NCBI GenBank assembly: GCA_963755455.1
Contig: CAVWJH010000001.1
Coordinates: forward strand, 146,864-210,863
Source of the DNA: an uncultured Verrucomicrobiae bacterium
GTDB taxonomy: Bacteria > Verrucomicrobiota > Verrucomicrobiia > Limisphaerales > UBA11358
Direction: 5' to 3'
DNA length: 64,000 nucleotides
The position numbers and the translations under genes are program-made. Positions 58,901-64,000 of the stretch are shown in pieces (positions within the stretch are counted from its first letter, which is position 1; each line of letters begins with the position of its first letter). The notes beneath the pieces are model-generated. The model did no database searches. It was not told where the DNA came from and saw only the letters and a list, made by a program, of their open reading frames with translations.

Positions 58901-60587
58901 CTATCGCGGGCCGGGAATCGTCGGTTGGTGGCGTGGTGAGACCAACACGCTTGATTCTATCGGCGGCAATAATGGTTCGTTCCTTGGCTCTGCCAGCTAC
59001 ACCAATGGAGAAGTGGGAAACGCCATGTCATTCAATGGCGTCAACAACGGAGTGCTCGTTCCGGCGTCTGCAAATCTGAATGTAGGCGCGGACAATGGAT
59101 TAACCATCGAAGCCTGGGTCAATCCTTCCGAGATCACCCCCGGTGGCAAAGCTAACCCAGTGGTTGAATGGAATGAAGGCGACGGTTATAATTTTGGATC
59201 GGCTTTCTGGTTGACCCATCCGACTGACCCCAGCGGCAATTTCTTTGCAAATCTCGTTGATACTGGTGGAACTTGGCATACAATCTTTTCACCGTCAGGA
59301 CTTATCCAGACAAATGTTTATCAGCACGTTGCCGTGACGTATAATAAAATAACCGGCAACGCGGCACTTTTCTACAATGGTGTGCAGGTGACTAACATGA
59401 ATCTTGAATCTTTTACGCCTCAAACGAGCTATCCACTTTATATTGGTGAGAGACCTCCAGGTGATATCAATAGCTGGGTATTTTCCGGATCCATTGATGA
59501 ACCATCTATTTATAACCGCGCGCTTTCCGCAAGTGAGATTGCAGCCATTTACAGTAACGGCATTGCAGGCAAATTCAATCCCGTTGAATTCAGCACTTCA
59601 CCTGCGCAGAGCCTTGCCGAAGCCCAAGTCAGCGTGAATGGCCAGACATCTGCCACCCTTTACGGAAACAACACCAGTTGGCAGACGGAAACCATCACTT
59701 TCACAGCGACGCAAAACGGAACGCCGTTGCAAATCTCCGGCATCGAGCCGGGAATGTTGCTGGACGATTTTGTGCTGACCCAGGAGCCGGGAAATCTTTA
59801 TTACCTGCCCGAGCAATCGCTCGCTCCGCTCGACGGCGAGAGCGCCGCCGGCGAATGGCAGTTGGAAATCCAGGACGACCGCGCCGGTGCCTATGCCTCG
59901 AACAATCCGCCCGCGCTCGTAAGCTGGGAGTTGCAGTTTGTCTTTGCTGACACCAACGCGGTGCCGTCAGTCTTGAGCGGCGGCATCGGTCAATCCAATC
60001 AATTCATCCCGGCCGGCGACATCGCGTGGTATCAAATTAGTGTGCCGGCAAATGCGAATTACGCGACGAACATCCTTCGCTTTGCCAGCGCGCCGGTCAA
60101 CGTCTGGTTCAGCACGAATTCGCCGCCGACAATCACGAATACCGGCGATGTGGATTTGATTTCTGATTCAACCGGCAATTCCGTGTTGTTGGGCACGAAC
60201 GGTTCGCCGGTCAACACAACGTGGGCTTACATCGTCCCCGGCTTGACTTATTATCTCGGCGTGCAAAACGCGGGCAGCTCCACCGTCAATTACGGGATTG
60301 AAGTGGATTTTGACCGCGGCAACTCGACAAATTCAACCTTGCCTCAAATTGTTGTTAGCAAAGTCGCGCAAACTGGCGGCGGCACGATTCAATTCCAATG
60401 GACGGCTTCATCCAGTTCGCCAGTCGAGGTGCAATGGACGACGAATCTCGCGTCGCAGGTTTGGAACACGATCACCAACCCCGCCACGACCACCAGCAAC
60501 GGCGTGTCCACGTTCACGGACGACGGCTCGCAGACCGCGCCATTGGGCGCAGTGCGCTTCTACCGGCTCGTGCAGCCGTCGCCATAA
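52934..60587 (+). pseudogene. Giant S8 (subtilisin-family) peptidase (~2550 codons) with P-domain-like and duplicated LamG-type modules; one frameshift near 54858
   Basis: Signal anchor MRSRTTIWIALSLLLAAGAWFFW. Asp VVVAEDDSGVD (~53836), His NGHGTFVAGI (53927) and Ser SGTSMAAAGVSG (55107) are split between ORFs 52895..54862 and 54843..60587. HPRISDLAFTLISPDGRRILLMENRGG is P-domain-like. There are two LamG_3-like modules, and the C-terminus ends RFYRLVQPSP. Confidence 0.85.
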
Positions 60588-61449
60588 GGCAAACATAAAC
60601 TCTTCGTTGCGGGTTTTGTTTTCTGAAATTTTCCGCGCGCAATCCATCTTTGCTTTCCCGCCGGTTTTGGAATATCCTTGCCGATTGTCTGATTTGGAAA
60701 ATTCGCAATTGTGAGCAAAGAATTCATCAAGATCGGCGGCGCGCGTGAGCACAATCTCAAAAATCTCACGCTCGCAAATTCCGCGCGACAAGCTGGTGGT
60801 CGTCACCGGCTTGAGCGGCAGCGGCAAATCGTCGCTCGCGTTCGACACGATTTACGCCGAGGGCCAGCGCAAATACGTCGAATCGCTTTCCGCCTACGCG
60901 CGGCAGTTTCTGGACCAGTTGCAGAAGCCGGACGTGGATTTCATCGAGGGACTTTCGCCGGCCATTGCGATTGAGCAGCGAAGTTCCGGCAGCAGCCCGC
61001 GCTCGATCATCGCCACGACGACGGAAATTTACGATTACCTGCGCCTGCTTTACGCGCACATCGGCCAGGCGCATTGTCCCGGAAACCGGCGTGCCCATTT
61101 CCACGCAAAGCACCAGCGACATCGTGGACAAAATCCTCGCGCTGCCGCCGAAAACGAAAGTCATGCTGCTCGCGCCGGTCGTGCGCCGGCAGAAAGGCGA
61201 GTTCCGCGACGTGTTTGAACGCCTCGCCCGCGAAGGCTTTGTGCGCGCGCGCGTGGACGGCGAATTGGTCGAACTCGGCGAAAACATCGCGCGCGTCAAA
61301 GCTCGACAAAAAGAAATTTCACAACATCGAAGCCGTCGTGGACCGGCTCGTGATTGACGACAAAATCCGCGTCCGGCTCGGCGATTCCGTCGAGACCGCG
61401 TTGCGCTGGGGCGAAGGCGTGATGTTCACGCTGCATCAAATGCCTGACG

Positions 61450-61531
61450 AGTCCAAAGCCCAAAGTCCAAAGTCCAAAGTTGCCGAAACGGGAAATCAAT
61501 CGGCAATCGGCAATCGACAATCGGCAATTGG
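61450..61531. repeat. Two adjacent heptamer arrays inside uvrA (AGTCCAA/AGCCCAA units, then AATCGGC units)
   Basis: agtccaaagcccaaagtccaaagtccaaag ttgccgaaacggga aatcaatcggcaatcggcaatcgacaatcggcaattgg. The uvrA frame changes from 0 to 2 somewhere across this stretch. Confidence 0.8.
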
Positions 61532-62105
61532 ATCGAAACGCTGCACTCGAACAAAATGTGTTCGCCCGCGACCGGCAAAAGTTTTGATCCGCCGACGCCG
61601 AAACATTTTTCCTTCAACGCGCCCGCCGGCGCGTGTCCGGTCTGCCACGGCCTCGGCCAGAAAATGGTTTTCGACGAGCATCTGGTCGTGCCGAATTTTG
61701 ACGAGCCGCTGGAAAGCGCCATCCAGCCGTGGCGGCGCGCGGGCAAGCGGATGAACATTTATTACAAGGCGATGCTGCGCTCCGTCGCCGCGCATTTCAA
61801 CGTGGACTTGCAAACGCCGTGGAAGGATTTGCCGGAGGATTTCAAAAAAGTTTTGCTGAACGGTTCCGGCGAGGACGAAATTGATTTCAAATTCTGGCGC
61901 GCGGGCAAGGTCAGCAAAATTTCCCGTCCGTTTGAAGGCGTGCTGCCGAATCTCGAACGGCTACGCGACCGAAAGCGAAAGCGAATTCATCCGCAACCGG
62001 CTCAAAGCATACATGAGCCCGCAGTTCTGCGACGCGTGCAAAGGCAAACGGCTGAAGCCGGAAATTCTCGCGGTGACGCTGGGCGGTGAGGAATTTGTTT
62101 CCCAG

Positions 62106-62145
62106 TTAAAAACTAAAAATTCAAAACTCAAAACCCTTAAAATTC
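62106..62145. repeat. In-frame AT-rich heptamer array inside uvrA (AAAAACT/AAAAATT/CAAAACT units)
   Basis: ttaaaaactaaaaattcaaaactcaaaacccttaaaattc encodes QLKTKNSKLKTLKI between LGGEEFVS and PGLSIMDV. Confidence 0.75.
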
Positions 62146-63744
62146 CCGGCCTGTCCATCATGGACGTTTGCGGTTTGTCCGTGGAAAAGGCGGATGAATT
62201 TTTTGCCGCGCTCAAGCTGACGGAGTTCGAGCTGAAAATCGCCGCCGAAGTCATCAAGGAAATCCGCGCGCGGCTCGGCTTTCTGAAAAATGTCGGCCTC
62301 GGTTATCTCACGCTGGACCGCGAAAGCGGCACGTTGAGCGGCGGCGAGGCGCAGCGCATCCGGCTGGCCACGCAGATCGGCGCGGCGCTCGTCGGCGTGC
62401 TTTACGTTTTGGACGAGCCGAGCATCGGCCTGCATCAGCGCGACAACGACCGTTTGCTTGCCACGCTGAAAGGCCTGCGCGATTTGGGCAACACGGTTCT
62501 GGTCGTCGAGCACGACGCGGACACGATTCGCAGCGCGGATTACATTTTGGATTTGGGGCCGGGCGCGGGCGTTCACGGCGGCGAACTGGTGGCGGCGGGC
62601 ACGTTGCCGGAAATTTTGCAGAGCAAAAATTCGCTCACGGCGCAATATCTGACGGGCGAATTGCAAATTCCGGTTCCGAAAAAACGAATTTTGCCGTCGG
62701 AAGAAAAGGGCTGGCTGGAAGTCCTCGGCGCGAAGGAAAACAATTTGCAGAACATTGACGTGCGGATTCCGCTCGGCACGTTCACCTGCGTCACCGGCGT
62801 GAGCGGCTCCGGCAAAAGCACGCTGGTCAACGACATTTTGCAGCGCGCGCTGTTCCGCAAATTTTACGGCTCAAAGGAACGTCCCGGCGACGCATCGCGC
62901 GCTGAAGGGTTTTGAAAGTCTCGACAAGGTCATCGTGATTGACCAGTCGCCGATTGGCCGGACGCCGCGCAGCAATCCGGCGACTTACACCGGCATGTTC
63001 AATCACATCCGCGATTTGTTCGCGCGACTGCCGGCGGCGAAAGTGCGCGGCTACGAGCCGGGCCGTTTCAGCTTCAACGTCAAGGGCGGCCGCTGCGAAA
63101 AATGCGAGGGCGACGGCGTGCTGAAAATTGAAATGAATTTTCTGCCGGCGGTTTATGTGACGTGCGAGGCGTGCAACGGCAAGCGATACAATCGCGAGAC
63201 GCTGGAAATTTCCTACAAGGGCAAAAACATCGCCGATGTTCTGGACATGACGGTGGACGAGGCGGTGGATTTTTTCCGCGCCGTGCCGAAGATTTACGAT
63301 CCGCTGCTGACGCTGGCGGAAGTCGGCCTCGGTTACATCCATCTCGGCCAGCAGGCGACGACGTTGAGCGGCGGCGAGGCGCAGCGCGTGAAGCTGGCGA
63401 CGGAACTCTGCCGCAAGGCGACGGGCCGGACGCTTTACATTCTGGACGAGCCGACGACCGGCCTGCATTTTCACGACGTGGCGAAATTGCTGGAAGTGCT
63501 GTTCAAACTGCGCGCGACGGGCAACACGCTGCTCATCATCGAGCACAATCTGGACGTGATCAAAACGGCGGACTGGATCATTGACCTCGGCCCGGAAGGC
63601 GGCGCCGGCGGCGGAAAAATTGTCGCGGAAGGTCCGCCGGAGAAAATTGCCGGGTGCGCCGGAAGTTTTACGGGGCATTATTTGAAAGGCGTCTTGGGGT
63701 GAAGCATGGATTGACACAACTGTAAAATCTGATAATCTGATTTT

Positions 63745-64000
63745 ATGAAATTGAAGGAAATCACGGTGACGGAAGCCGCGCGCAGCTTTGCCCACTGCGT
63801 CAATCAAGTCCGTTACCAAAATGCGGGTTTCGTTTTGGTAAAGAACGGCAGGCGGTTTGCGCGGCTGGTTCCCGACGGTGAAAAAACCTGCACGGGCCGC
63901 AACCTGGCGGAAGCGATTGGCCGTTTCCGTCTTTCCGGGTCTGAAGCGGGCGCGTGGCAAAAAGACCTGGCGAAGGCGCGCAAATCCCTGAAACCCGCAA
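63745..64000 (+). CDS. Phd/YefM-like antitoxin, 3' end outside the window
   Basis: MKLKEITVTEAARSFAHCVNQVRYQNAGFVLVKNGRRFARLVPDGEK... The ORF is open to the window end. Confidence 0.55.
   Translation, partial: MKLKEITVTEAARSFAHCVNQVRYQNAGFVLVKNGRRFARLVPDGEKTCTGRNLAEAIGRFRLSGSEAGAWQKDLAKARKSLKPA

Larger units (their letters stand above)
60711..63702 (+). pseudogene. uvrA: Excinuclease ABC subunit A, at least 6 frame disruptions
   Basis: [12 protein letters not shown]...[120 protein letters not shown] and [13 protein letters not shown]. The frame order across the ORF fragments is 0,1,2,0,2,0,1. Confidence 0.9.

Overview
This 64-kb window is moderately high-GC bacterial DNA. It is most likely from the PVC superphylum and Verrucomicrobiota-like. 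That placement is an inference from the [23 protein letters not shown]-type pseudopilin N-termini, the REP-like intergenic repeats and the gene content; no rRNA is present. Housekeeping genes: ABC-F ATPase, deaD-like helicase, uvrC, udg, mqnA, nusB, ftsY, ribD/ribE, tRNA-Leu(UAG), tlyA, nadK and uvrA. The largest coherent system is a 17-kb type IV pilus / type II secretion-like operon at 35.3-52.2 kb. It runs LacI regulator, PilB-like, PilT, second PilB-like, PilC, BrnT/BrnA, five pseudopilins, a six-bladed NHL propeller and a ~1350-codon GspK-like protein. A ~2550-codon S8 subtilase with P-domain-like segments and duplicated LamG-type modules follows at 52.9-60.6 kb. Six toxin-antitoxin-like loci are scattered through the window. 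There are three low-GC patches (16.8-18.1, 27.5-29.0 and 31.1-32.5 kb) holding uncharacterised gene pairs. Non-genic structure worth a second look: (1) three cassettes, each bracketed by a duplicated copy of the extreme 3' end of the adjacent housekeeping gene (uvrC, udg, ftsY); (2) a pervasive family of heptanucleotide-periodic (STRR-like) arrays, often paired as hairpins, which also sit in frame inside ribD, udg, uvrA and dedA and inside prepilin leader-peptide coding regions; (3) two arrays with 21-bp periodicity; (4) several REP-like hairpin families. Caveat: by manual reading about 40 reading-frame disruptions hit clearly conserved genes, unevenly distributed and several at short homopolymers. 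Features typed 'pseudogene' therefore mean 'frame disrupted in this sequence'. Assembly indels are the more likely explanation for essential genes. All family calls come from motif recognition by eye, with no database search.
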